Shown here piece after piece: positions 9,908 through 20,856 of a DNA stretch of 64,000 nucleotides. The stretch covers positions 96,001 to 160,000 of the forward strand of contig CAWDOD010000007.1 in NCBI GenBank assembly GCA_963803805.1. The letters are read 5' to 3'. The translations under genes and the position numbers were made by a program. The stretch is from an uncultured cyanobacterium (GTDB lineage Bacteria > Cyanobacteriota > Cyanobacteriia > Cyanobacteriales > CAWCAG01). The notes below the pieces were generated by a model that worked only from the letters and a program-made list of their open reading frames with translations, did no database searches and had not been told where the DNA came from. The number at the start of each line of letters is the position of its first letter. Position 1 is the stretch's first letter.

Positions 9908-10879
9908 TTAAATAATGGTGTGGCCTAATGCTAAACCGGTTACTAACATTCCTAAAACCAGAAAAGGTTGAGCGCTAGCTTGGTATTTCACATCGTTTTT
10001 GAGAGGATCGCGGAGGAAATACATATCTTGGAAGGTGATCTGGGGAATGATTAAAAGTATTAGTAATACTGCATAAAAATTTTGGTGTATGGCAACTAAA
10101 TAGCCAGCAATGCCGGCTTGGAATAAATCAATCATTAACACGCAAATCCAAGCTGCTGTACCAATGCCAAACATCACTGGTAAAGATTTTAAACCTAACT
10201 CTTCGTCTCCTTCTACACTCTTAAAATCATTCACCACCGCAATGCCCAATCCTGCGAGGCTATAAATTAGGGTGAGGATAGCAATTTTCCAGTTAAGTTC
10301 CCCAAATAAAGCATGACCGGCCCACCAAGGCAGGGCAATATAACTTGCACCTAAAGCATAGTTACCTAACCAGCCATTTTTTTTCAATTTTAAAGGTGGT
10401 GCCGAATAAATGTAGGCAAGGAATGCACCCCCAAGGGTTAAACAGGTTAGCACAGGGAAATCATGACCTGCCCAAATATCTAAACCAAAGGCTAAACCTA
10501 AACCAGCAACTAAGAGAATAACAATTTGGCTCATGACTTGAGGGACAGAAATTGCTCCTGAAGGAATGGGGCGATAAGGCTCATTAATAGCATCAATTTC
10601 TCTGTCATAAAAGTCATTTAAGGTTTGGGTATAACCTGTCATTAATGGCCCTGAGAGCAACATACAAGCAGCCGCTTTGAGAATATCTTCTAATGTCCAA
10701 CTATAGCCCCCAGAAGAAGCTGCACCGCAGACTACACCCCAGATTAAAGGAATCCAGGTAATTGGTTTCATCAACTGTAAGCGGATTTTCCAAATGGAAC
10801 TTTCCCCCGGTGCAGCACCTTTCATCCCTAACATTTGGCGGGTTTTGGCACTGCGATCGCTGCTACTTTCCGTTGTCAT
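9908..10879 (-). CDS. chlG: Chlorophyll synthase
   Basis: IRLQLMKPITWIPLIWG, NDFYDREIDAINEPYRPIPSG, NDVKYQASAQPF. Confidence 0.97.
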   Translation of the reverse strand: MTTESSSDRSAKTRQMLGMKGAAPGESSIWKIRLQLMKPITWIPLIWGVVCGAASSGGYSWTLEDILKAAACMLLSGPLMTGYTQTLNDFYDREIDAINEPYRPIPSGAISVPQVMSQIVILLVAGLGLAFGLDIWAGHDFPVLTCLTLGGAFLAYIYSAPPLKLKKNGWLGNYALGASYIALPWWAGHALFGELNWKIAILTLIYSLAGLGIAVVNDFKSVEGDEELGLKSLPVMFGIGTAAWICVLMIDLFQAGIAGYLVAIHQNFYAVLLILLIIPQITFQDMYFLRDPLKNDVKYQASAQPFLVLGMLVTGLALGHTII

Positions 10880-10948
10880 TACTTAATTCTTCCTTGGCAA
10901 ATCTCATCTAAGATTTTACCTTAGATGTAAAATTGCTATGTTTTAGTC

Positions 10949-12637
10949 TCAATTATTCTCTAGGTTTAAAGAATCTAGCAAAATCAAAGGTAAAGCTTCT
11001 TTACTAATACTTAAACCATAACTGGAAGTTAAATAATCTTGGTACTCAGGCAACTGAGCAATGTAAGTACTGAAGAAAGCCAAGCTTAATGCTTTAACAT
11101 ACTCTTGAGCTATTTTCGGGTCAGGACCAACAGCTTCCGAAGGTATAGGAATGCTACCTTGTTCTTCGGCGATGGTTGAAAAGTGAGTGCCTCCTTTTAA
11201 AAGAGCTAAATATTTCTGGGGAGATGTTAACCAAGTAAAAGGCCTAATTTGCTCAATTAAAACTGGAGTAACTGTATCATCGCTACTACCCCAAATCATA
11301 ATTGGTTGCTCAATTTTACCTATTTCACTTTCTCCGAAAATAGTACTATCTAGAGGATTGATGGCTATTACTGCGGCAATACGGTCATCTTTCAACTCGT
11401 AATCAGCATTTCCTAAGTAAATAGCTTGACACTGAAGCAATAAAGAGAGATTAAGGAAGTTAGCATCGCTCTCTGGTTGACAATCTGTTTGGACTTGTTC
11501 ACTGTTGATGCCTGCACCAGCTAAAGCCAAGCTGGTGTAAGCGCCGTAGGATTGTCCTAAAATCCCGACTCGTTCAACATTAATTTTGTTGCTGTAGGAT
11601 TGTGCTAAAACATCTAATAAATATTTAATATCTAAGGGTCGGTCAATTAATTCTTGGGGGGGAGAAACTTCATTAGCTAGCCCAGCTAACAAAGCACCAA
11701 CTTGAGCAGAATTACTACCAGGATGTTCTAATACAGCTACAGCAAAGCCGTGGGATGCTAAATGAAGGGCAACATATTGAAAGGATTTAAGATTAGAACC
11801 AAGTCCGTGGGAGATGACAACTAAAGGAGAAGTCACGCCCTCCCCATTTTGGGGTAAATATAAATCAACAGGAAAGCTTCTTAGGCGCTGATCATCTTGG
11901 AGATTTAACCTTTCTACGGTAAATTTAGTTGCCCCAGAAGCTCTTAATTCTAGTAAGTTTGGTAGGTTGGTAATGGGATTATTAAAAGCTGCTTCGGTGG
12001 CTTGAACTTCAATATCGGTTACAGCTTGTTGAGTAAGCCTAATGGTACTACTTAGTTGATCGATAATTTGAAAACCGCTTCGGGAATTGATGCGTATCCC
12101 CACGGTGGGAAATTTCTTTAAGACATTTAAAGGGGTTAGCCCCTCTTCATCAGCAGCCGCTAAAATCAAAGCAGAACGCAAAGCATAAAAACCCGATTGG
12201 CGGGCTTGGGTTTGAATCACTTCCCCAAGCCGTTGTAGAATAGTTTCTCCTTGGGGGGTATAGAAAAATTGGGCTACAGCTACCGCATCTAAGTCAGCAC
12301 GAGTTAGTAAGATTTCTCTGAGTTGAGTTAACTGTTCTTCATTCAAATAACCTGCATAGTTAGTTAATTCTTGCTCAATTTTCCCTTCCCTAGCGTAGGT
12401 TTCCAAAGCTTCTACGGAGATAGAGAAATCCAAAATACCATAGGAAACATAAAGATGTTCTGCACTTAGAGCGCGATCAGCAAGTAAGTTGGGAGTCGTT
12501 AGCAAAAAGCCTATATTAAACAGGGCAATTCCCCATTTAGTCCAAGCTCGAGAAGTGAACTTTGGTAAGGCTATGTTTGGCTGAGTTAGCTTAGAGTTCT
12601 GGGGCGAAGGAGCAAGTTTAGCGATCAAAAAATTCAT
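10949..12637 (-). CDS. Alpha/beta hydrolase with N-terminal DUF1400-like domain
   Basis: VISHGLGS, EHPGS, GQSYGA nucleophile elbow, GGTHFS. Confidence 0.85.
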   Translation of the reverse strand: MNFLIAKLAPSPQNSKLTQPNIALPKFTSRAWTKWGIALFNIGFLLTTPNLLADRALSAEHLYVSYGILDFSISVEALETYAREGKIEQELTNYAGYLNEEQLTQLREILLTRADLDAVAVAQFFYTPQGETILQRLGEVIQTQARQSGFYALRSALILAAADEEGLTPLNVLKKFPTVGIRINSRSGFQIIDQLSSTIRLTQQAVTDIEVQATEAAFNNPITNLPNLLELRASGATKFTVERLNLQDDQRLRSFPVDLYLPQNGEGVTSPLVVISHGLGSNLKSFQYVALHLASHGFAVAVLEHPGSNSAQVGALLAGLANEVSPPQELIDRPLDIKYLLDVLAQSYSNKINVERVGILGQSYGAYTSLALAGAGINSEQVQTDCQPESDANFLNLSLLLQCQAIYLGNADYELKDDRIAAVIAINPLDSTIFGESEIGKIEQPIMIWGSSDDTVTPVLIEQIRPFTWLTSPQKYLALLKGGTHFSTIAEEQGSIPIPSEAVGPDPKIAQEYVKALSLAFFSTYIAQLPEYQDYLTSSYGLSISKEALPLILLDSLNLENN

Positions 12638-12741
12638 AAGGTGATTTGTGCTGTCAAATATAGATTACTTGGTAAGAACTACAAACTTTCCTATTTCTCT
12701 GCCCTGCTTAACAATTAGATTAACACCAATTCAATTGTCAT

Positions 12742-12790
12742 GGCATTCATCCCACCCTGAATTAAAATTATAGACGTGGGGATGAATGCC
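12742..12790. repeat. Long inverted repeat (REP/IS-end-like hairpin) between divergent genes
   Basis: ggcattcatcccac ... gtggggatgaatgcc pair almost perfectly. Confidence 0.7.
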
Positions 12791-12832
12791 TAGCTAGCTA
12801 AAATATAAAACGTTCAACACTGAATCATTTGT

Positions 12833-12866
12833 CCCTAACGGCAACAGCAAAGCCGTACATTGATCA
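12833..12866 (+). repeat. SDR5-like element with degenerate left flank, next to an empty TGATCA
   Basis: ccctaacggcaacagcaaagccgta-ca-t-tgatca. Confidence 0.7.
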
Positions 12867-12888
12867 CTGAATAACTGAATAACTAAAT

Positions 12889-14133
12889 ATGTTGCCTGTT
12901 AAAGAAGCCGAAGCTATTATTTTAAAATTATTTCAACCCCTAGATCCCCAACAAGATTTTGAGATTGTGGGTTTAAAAGAAGGGAGGGGACGTATTTTAG
13001 CTGAACCTGTCACTAGTAAGCTGGATTTTCCCCATTGGGATAACTCGGCTATGGATGGTTATGGGGTAAGGTTTGCTGATGTGGAAGATTGTTCTCCAGA
13101 CAAGCCAGTTAGTTTGTCAATTGTGGAAGAGATTCCGGCGGGTTACCAACCCCAGAGATCAGTACAGTCAGGGCAAGCAGCGCGGATCTTTACTGGTGCG
13201 GTGATGCCAGAGGGAGCAGATACAATTGTGATGCAGGAGAATACCCAGCGTGAGGGTAATGTCGTTAAAATTTTGGCTTCTCCCCAAGCAGGAGAATTTG
13301 TGCGCCGCCGTGGGGATTTTTACCAAGCAGGCAAGCCTTTATTGAATCCAGGAACTCGCCTCAATGCCCCAGAAATTGCAGTCTTAGCGGCGGCACAATG
13401 TAACCAGTTTAAAGTTTATCGCCGTTTGCGGGTTGCTATTTTTGCGACAGGGAATGAATTGATTAGTCCTGTAGAAACTTTGCAACCAGGACAAATTGTT
13501 GATTCTAATCAATATGCTTTAGCTGCATTTGTGGCTGACAATGGTTGCACTCCCATACCCATGGGCATTGTTAAGGATAAACCAGAACTATTAAAAAAGG
13601 CGATCGCCCTTGCCCTTGCTAGTGCAGATGTGGTGCTTTCTACTGGGGGGGTATCCGTGGGAGATTATGATTTAGTTGACCAAATTTTACAGGAGTTGGG
13701 GGGCAAAATTCATTTGCGTAAGGTGAAAATAAAACCGGGCAAACCCTTGACAGTGGCGACATTTAATGTAGATAGATCAGGGCAAGCATCTTTATATTTT
13801 GGCATTCCTGGCAACCCGGTTTCTGCTTTGGTAAGTTGCTGGCGTTTTGTGCAGCCAGTATTACAGAAAATGTCTGGGTTAAAAGATTGGCAACCAACTT
13901 TTATTAAAGCGCGAACTCAAAGTAAATTACGTTCTGGTGGTCAAAGAGAAACCTATCTTTGGGGAACAATGAAGGTTGTTAATGGGGCTTGGGAGTTTTG
14001 CCTCGCCCCAGGAACACATAACTCTGCTAATTTGGTGAATCTAGCTGGTACTACAGCCCTTGCGGTTGTACCTTTAGGAACAAAAACTATTGAACCAGGG
14101 GAAGAAGTAGAAGTTTTAATCAATGATGCCTAG
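12889..14133 (+). CDS. moeA: Molybdopterin molybdotransferase (gephyrin-like)
   Basis: SAMDGY, RIFTGA, TGNEL, STGGVSVG, KPGKP, GIPGNPVS. Confidence 0.95.
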   Translation: MLPVKEAEAIILKLFQPLDPQQDFEIVGLKEGRGRILAEPVTSKLDFPHWDNSAMDGYGVRFADVEDCSPDKPVSLSIVEEIPAGYQPQRSVQSGQAARIFTGAVMPEGADTIVMQENTQREGNVVKILASPQAGEFVRRRGDFYQAGKPLLNPGTRLNAPEIAVLAAAQCNQFKVYRRLRVAIFATGNELISPVETLQPGQIVDSNQYALAAFVADNGCTPIPMGIVKDKPELLKKAIALALASADVVLSTGGVSVGDYDLVDQILQELGGKIHLRKVKIKPGKPLTVATFNVDRSGQASLYFGIPGNPVSALVSCWRFVQPVLQKMSGLKDWQPTFIKARTQSKLRSGGQRETYLWGTMKVVNGAWEFCLAPGTHNSANLVNLAGTTALAVVPLGTKTIEPGEEVEVLINDA

Positions 14134-14153
14134 GGGCAAGGGCAAGCCCTACA
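14124..14153 (+). repeat. SDR5-like 24-nt insertion in TGAT^CA that supplies the moeA stop codon
   Basis: tgat[gcctaggggcaagggcaagcccta]ca. Confidence 0.8.
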
Positions 14154-14179
14154 AAGATTCAACTAGCCATTAGCCATTA

Positions 14180-15960
<1,781 letters not shown>

Positions 15961-16070
15961 TTTACAGTTTTAGGAGAAAGGTTAAGGGTCAAAGGCAATG
16001 AGAACAGTATATTCAAAACTTATTACTTATTTACTTATTACTTTTCCCCTACTCCCTGCTCCCTGCTCAA

Positions 16071-16934
16071 TTAAACCATCATCAAGTCTAGTTCTTCTTC
16101 TGAGGTTTTTTGAGGTTGAGCATCGTTGAGATAGAAATCTGATAGGAGGGTAAATAAGTCACGATCTTGGGATTCGTTGGGTACTACACCTTCGGGTAAA
16201 GCTAAAACTTGGTCAGCAATATTAAGGTAGTAGTCGCAGACGTAACTTAAGGAAGGATCAGTTTCTGCCATTTCAAATAGAGTCTTACCCTTAACGCGAG
16301 AAACGCGGATATCTTCAATTAAAGGTAGGATTTCTAACACTGGCATTGGTACTGATTCGATGTATTTGTCGATTAAGTCACGCTTGGAGGTACGGTTGCC
16401 AATTAAACCTGCTAAGCGGAGGGGGTGGGTGCGGGCTTTTTCTCTTACCGAGGCAGCGATACGATTAGCAGCGAATAAAGCATCAAAACCATTGTCGGTG
16501 ACAATCATGCAATAGTCAGAGTAGTTTAAAGGTGCAGCAAAACCACCACAAACTACGTCACCTAAGACATCAAAGAGGATGACATCATACTCATCAAAAG
16601 CATTGAGTTCTTTAAGGAGTTTAACGGTTTCCCCAACTACATAACCACCACAACCTGCACCAGCCGGGGGACCTCCTGCTTCTACACAATCCACTCCGCC
16701 ATAACCTTTATAAATGACATCTTCTGGCCAAATATCTTCGTAATGGAAATCTTTTTCTTGTAAGGTGTCGATGATAGTAGGAATAAGGAAGCCTGTCAGA
16801 GTAAAAGTGCTGTCATGCTTAGGGTCACAACCAATTTGCAAGACTTTTTTACCTCTTTTAGCTAAAGCAACAGAGATATTACAGCTTGTTGTAGATTTAC
16901 CGATTCCACCCTTTCCATAAACTGACAGTTTCAT
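16071..16934 (-). CDS. chlL: Light-independent protochlorophyllide reductase Fe-S ATP-binding subunit L
   Basis: [36 protein letters not shown]. Confidence 0.97.
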   Translation of the reverse strand: MKLSVYGKGGIGKSTTSCNISVALAKRGKKVLQIGCDPKHDSTFTLTGFLIPTIIDTLQEKDFHYEDIWPEDVIYKGYGGVDCVEAGGPPAGAGCGGYVVGETVKLLKELNAFDEYDVILFDVLGDVVCGGFAAPLNYSDYCMIVTDNGFDALFAANRIAASVREKARTHPLRLAGLIGNRTSKRDLIDKYIESVPMPVLEILPLIEDIRVSRVKGKTLFEMAETDPSLSYVCDYYLNIADQVLALPEGVVPNESQDRDLFTLLSDFYLNDAQPQKTSEEELDLMMV

Positions 16935-17468
16935 ATTGGTTGTCTCCTAGTTTTAATTGAATATATGGTGATGTGTTTATTTAAGCTACGGACGTTAGAA
17001 ACAGAAGATATAAGCTTTTTGTCTTCATTAGGCATTATTGTCGAACTTCTCCATAAAGGAAAGGGGGTTTATAAATGAAGATGGCAGCTATAGCTAGAAA
17101 TAAGCATCAAATAAACTTATGAATGGTTCATTGCTGTATAAATCTTTTTTTAAACCATAAAAGCTTTTTAAAACTATTTTTAGTCTCTTATTTAAGTAAA
17201 TAGTAACAAAAGACAAAAAGCCAACTTTCAAACCAAAACTGTTCTAAGCAACTATATTTCCTAGTAATACGGAGAAAGCTGTATAAAAGAGAACGGGTTT
17301 ATCTGTCGCCAACCCGTAGATTTATCCTTTTAACTAGGCTAAGGATAATTTGAATAAATCTGGAACAGCAAAATTGAACAACTTTATAAACAATCATTAA
17401 TTTTCCAAATTCTCTTAACTGTTCATTGATAATTGAATAATTGATAACTGTATTAAGGGTTAAATTGT

Positions 17469-17666
17469 GTGAGTTCATCCCCTCGTCCAGACAAGTCTAT
17501 TTTTGCTTATCCTTTTGCGATTATCTCTGCGATCGCTTTAGCTATGTATATTTTGAGGGGGTTTGGACTTTTGGGCTTCCTTCCCGGTGGTATTTTGATG
17601 TCACTGTTCCTAATCAGCTTAGGATTAGGCATCGCCTACGGTATTGACCAAACCTTGCGTTATTGA
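17469..17666 (+). CDS. Small two-TM hypothetical membrane protein
   Basis: 65-aa ORF with two hydrophobic segments around YILRGFGLLGFLPGG. Confidence 0.7.
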   Translation: MSSSPRPDKSIFAYPFAIISAIALAMYILRGFGLLGFLPGGILMSLFLISLGLGIAYGIDQTLRY

Positions 17667-17772
17667 GTCGCCCGTTGTCTAATAAAAAAAATGTGTTATC
17701 TTAATTGAAGGGAAAGAGAAATCCCAGTCATTTTGAAACTAAAACCGTTCAGGTAGAAAGGAGGTGATGCCC

Positions 17773-17844
17773 ATGATTGAAAGTAGTATAACCATGGGTC
17801 GTTTAGTTAGAGTTTATCGGCTGCGTGCCGGGGCTGTTCTTTAA
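17773..17844 (+). CDS. Candidate micro-protein MIESSITMGRLVRVYRLRAGAVL
   Basis: Preceded by AGAAAGGAGGTGAT (17755-17768), an extended Shine-Dalgarno sequence; in-frame alternative ATG at 17767. Confidence 0.45.
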   Translation: MIESSITMGRLVRVYRLRAGAVL

Positions 17845-17939
17845 AGAACCCAGCTTAACTCGTTTTATCTTAAAGCGCTGGAGAGCTGAACTTTATAGTT
17901 CCTTCCGGCAGCCAGATACTAACTAGAAGACCCGCTACA

Positions 17940-17991
17940 CCGCTCCCATATCAAGTGCTTAATTGTACTGAGTGGGAGCGGATAGTTTTTT
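17940..17991 (+). terminator. Rho-independent terminator-like hairpin
   Basis: ccgctccca / tgggagcgg stem followed by atagtttttt. Confidence 0.65.
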
Positions 17992-18054
17992 GGGGACAAT
18001 TTTTTTTGGCATTGCTGGGTTTAAAGTTATGAATTGCTTTTGTCGACAATAAAT

Positions 18055-18172
18055 CCCCTGCCCCCTAAATCCCCCAAATTGGGGGACTTTGAGTTTTGGG
18101 AGACTTCAAATTCTTTTCTCTACCCCAGAATTAGGGGGCAGGGGGGCGAAATCAGAGCCACGAAGCAACACC
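18055..18172. repeat. ~120-bp G/C-tract palindromic REP/MITE-like element, copy 1
   Basis: cccctgccccctaaatcccccaaattgggggac...; its reverse complement matches 20633-20751. Confidence 0.8.
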
Positions 18173-18183
18173 TTTTTTTGAAT

Positions 18184-18209
18184 TGTACGGCTTTGCCGTT
18201 GTCGTAGAC
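18184..18209 (-). repeat. SDR5-like 24-nt element with one degenerate flank
   Basis: Minus strand reads gtctacgacaacggcaaagccgta-ca. Confidence 0.7.
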
Positions 18210-18223
18210 TAAATTTGGATAAA

Positions 18224-18508
18224 ATGCAACTACTTAGTGATCAAGAAATTCAACAGCATCTTAGTCAATTATCTGGCTGGGAATTAGAAGGTAAGAAGAT
18301 TAAGTATCTTTTCAAATTTAAAGATTTTGTCGCAGCGATTGATTTTGTGAATAAACTAGTAGAACCAGCAGAATCTGCCGGACATCATCCTGATTTGGAA
18401 ATTTCTTATAACAAAGTTACTGTGAGCTTAACTAGCCATGATGCAGGGGGCTTAACTGAAGCAGACTTTGAAATGGCCAAGAAGATTTCCCTAATAGCTA
18501 GTCACTAG
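18224..18508 (+). CDS. phhB: Pterin-4-alpha-carbinolamine dehydratase
   Basis: FKDF...AESAGHHPDL...SHDAGGLTEADF. Confidence 0.92.
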   Translation: MQLLSDQEIQQHLSQLSGWELEGKKIKYLFKFKDFVAAIDFVNKLVEPAESAGHHPDLEISYNKVTVSLTSHDAGGLTEADFEMAKKISLIASH

Positions 18509-18832
18509 TTGCTAATTTTGTTTACTTGTCCTAGTTCCTGAACTGCCGAGCAAAATAACTCTAACTTTTGGCAGTACAAATCAAACTAGTGGTATAAGTA
18601 TACTTGCCTGTAGCTTAATTTAGCTTCCTCATAAAAACTTTCCAAAAGTTTTTATGATCATGGGAACTCCATAAGTAAACGGGTTGTCTAAAAGAATCTA
18701 GGGCTGGTTTATACACCAACTAAAAAACCTAGCATAAACTACTTGAGTTACTGTTTAACATTAGCGGTGTATCATATGTTTAAGAGTGAGGATGTAACTC
18801 TACAAGTCAAGAGGTGTGAGGAAAAGTTAACT

Positions 18833-20611
18833 ATGTCGAAATTACTCTGGAAATCATTGCTGGTCAGCCCAGCTATCTTAGGCGTTGTCTTAGCTTCTTC
18901 TGCTAACGCCGCAGGTACTCAAGTTCCTGCAAATCAATTGGATGTTGCTGAAGCGGAAGTCTCTTTAGAAGAGTCTGCTAACTTAGAAGCTTCTGCAACC
19001 ACAGAAGTAGCCCCTGAATTAAATTTTGAAGTTCCCCAAGAAACTCCTGTTGCCCAGGCTGACAACAGCGAAATTATCAACCAAATCAACGAATACAGCG
19101 GCGACAGCAATGCTCTTGACCAAGTAACCAGCGTCAATCAGCTTTCTGATATTGATCCTTTCTGGTTCAGTGCTGTACAAAAAATGGTTGACAAATACGG
19201 TTGTATTGTTGGCTATCCTGATGGAACCTTCAAAGGGCAAAGAAATATTACCCGCTACGAATTTGCAGCAGCAGTTAGCCGTTGTATGGAGTGGGTAGAG
19301 GAAAATATCGGCAGTGTAGATGGTACAGATTTAGCCACTCTACGCCGCTTAGTACAAGAATTTGAAGCTGAACTTGCTGTATTAGGTGCAAGAGTTGATG
19401 ACCTCGAAGGTCGTGTTGCTTTTGTTGAAGACCATCAATTCTCTACCACTACCAAGTTAGACGGTGAAGTTATCTTCGCTCTTACCGATGAGTTTGGTAC
19501 TAGCAATGATAACAATACGATTTTTGTAGATAGGGGTCGTTTAGCTTTAAATACTAGCTTCACTGGAAGTGACAACCTAGTTACCCGTCTTGCTTTTGGT
19601 AACTCTACTGTATTTGACACTGGTACTGGCAGCGCTGAAGCTACCCAAAGCTTTGACCTCCGTCCTGTTGATGGTGGTAACAACGTAGTAATAGACTGGT
19701 TAGCTTACTACTTCCCATTCGGCGCTTCTCAAGTTTATGTAGCAGCTTGGGGTGGTATTTGGAGTGATATTGCTCCTACCTTAAACCCTTATTTTGAAGA
19801 CTACGACGGCGGTAATGGTGCTTTAACAGCTTTCGCTTCTGAAAGCCCCATCTACCGTATTGGTGGTGGTACTGGTGGTGCTGTTAGCCTTGGCGTTGGT
19901 CTTTTAGAAAGTGTTTTAGGCCCAAGTACTGTTACTTTTGGATACCTAACTGGTAACGGAAGTGTTCCTGGTGACGGCTTTACCAATGTTGCTGGTGATC
20001 AAGGGAGTGGCTTATTTAGTGGTGACTATGCTGCCTTGGGTCAAATCAACTTTAACTTGGGAGATCGTATTGGCTTAGGTGCTACCTACGTGCATGGTTA
20101 TCACAACGGTGGCAGCGCTATTTATGACCTTGGCGGGCTTTCTAGTGGTGTTGTTGGTACAGGCCCAGCAAACTTCCCTCATATTAATTCAGGTACTGCT
20201 GTAACTAACTCCTACGGCCTTGAAGCTGCTTTCCGCTTAACTGAGAATATCTCTATCAGCGGATTTGGCGTTTACACAGACGTTATTTCCATCCAAGAAG
20301 GAGATACAGAAAGCTGGAGTTATGGCGCTGGTGTTGCCTTCAATGACTTAGGTAAAGAAGGTAGCGTTTTAGGTATCTTCGGTGGCGCACAACCTTACAG
20401 TATCTTAGATCCAACTGGTGCTGTTGCTACAGACTCAGTTACTGGTAACGTGCTAAATGATATTCCTTATACTGTTGAAGCCTTCTACAAGTATCAACTT
20501 AGCGATAACATCTCTGTTACTCCTGGTTTAATCTGGATCACCAATCCTAACCAAGACGAAACAGCAGAAGATGCTTGGATCGGTACTTTGAGAACCACCT
20601 TCAGTTTCTAA
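18833..20611 (+). CDS. Cyanobacterial outer-membrane porin (SLH domain + OprB-like barrel)
   Basis: MSKLLWKSLL signal, YGCIVGYPDGTFKG..TRYEFAA, QFSTTTKL, C-terminal LRTTFSF; start moved to ATG 18833. Confidence 0.93.
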   Translation: MSKLLWKSLLVSPAILGVVLASSANAAGTQVPANQLDVAEAEVSLEESANLEASATTEVAPELNFEVPQETPVAQADNSEIINQINEYSGDSNALDQVTSVNQLSDIDPFWFSAVQKMVDKYGCIVGYPDGTFKGQRNITRYEFAAAVSRCMEWVEENIGSVDGTDLATLRRLVQEFEAELAVLGARVDDLEGRVAFVEDHQFSTTTKLDGEVIFALTDEFGTSNDNNTIFVDRGRLALNTSFTGSDNLVTRLAFGNSTVFDTGTGSAEATQSFDLRPVDGGNNVVIDWLAYYFPFGASQVYVAAWGGIWSDIAPTLNPYFEDYDGGNGALTAFASESPIYRIGGGTGGAVSLGVGLLESVLGPSTVTFGYLTGNGSVPGDGFTNVAGDQGSGLFSGDYAALGQINFNLGDRIGLGATYVHGYHNGGSAIYDLGGLSSGVVGTGPANFPHINSGTAVTNSYGLEAAFRLTENISISGFGVYTDVISIQEGDTESWSYGAGVAFNDLGKEGSVLGIFGGAQPYSILDPTGAVATDSVTGNVLNDIPYTVEAFYKYQLSDNISVTPGLIWITNPNQDETAEDAWIGTLRTTFSF

Positions 20612-20632
20612 GCAAGTCAAATCTTTGATTTC

Positions 20633-20751
20633 GGCGTTGCTGATCGTCAATCTGATTCCGCCCCTCTGCCCCCCATAAATGGGGGGAGAAAAGAACTCAA
20701 AGCCCCCTAAAACTCAAAGTCCCCCAATTTGGGGGATTTGGGGGGCAGGAG
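20633..20751. repeat. ~120-bp G/C-tract palindromic REP/MITE-like element, copy 2 (inverted relative to copy 1)
   Basis: ...aaaactcaaagtcccccaatttgggggatttggggggcagg matches the reverse complement of 18055-18172. Confidence 0.8.
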
Positions 20752-20783
20752 ATCGAGGGAGTCTTAATTTCTGTTAGTCAAAC

Positions 20784-20811
20784 AAAGCCCTGCTTGTAAG
20801 CGGGGCTTTTT
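20784..20811. terminator. Bidirectional terminator between convergent genes
   Basis: aaagccctgcttgtaagcggggcttttt hairpin with A/T tails. Confidence 0.75.
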
Positions 20812-20856
20812 CATAAAAAAGCGCCCCAAAAAAGATTTTTTTATCCATAGCCACTA

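Larger units (their letters stand above)
17709..17991 (+). ncRNA. Putative standalone ~280-nt sRNA / dual-function RNA (possibly PmgR1/Ncr0700-like; unverified)
   Basis: Extended -10 TGtTATCTT at 17694-17702, a GC-richer body, and terminator stem ccgctccca...tgggagcgg followed by a T run. Confidence 0.55.

Noticed and set aside
18743-18832. N-terminal ORF extensions (porin; also 25925-25972 and 39593-39649)
   Set aside because: Downstream ATG/GTG starts give family-typical N-termini. The extensions overlap UTRs, repeats or the upstream gene.
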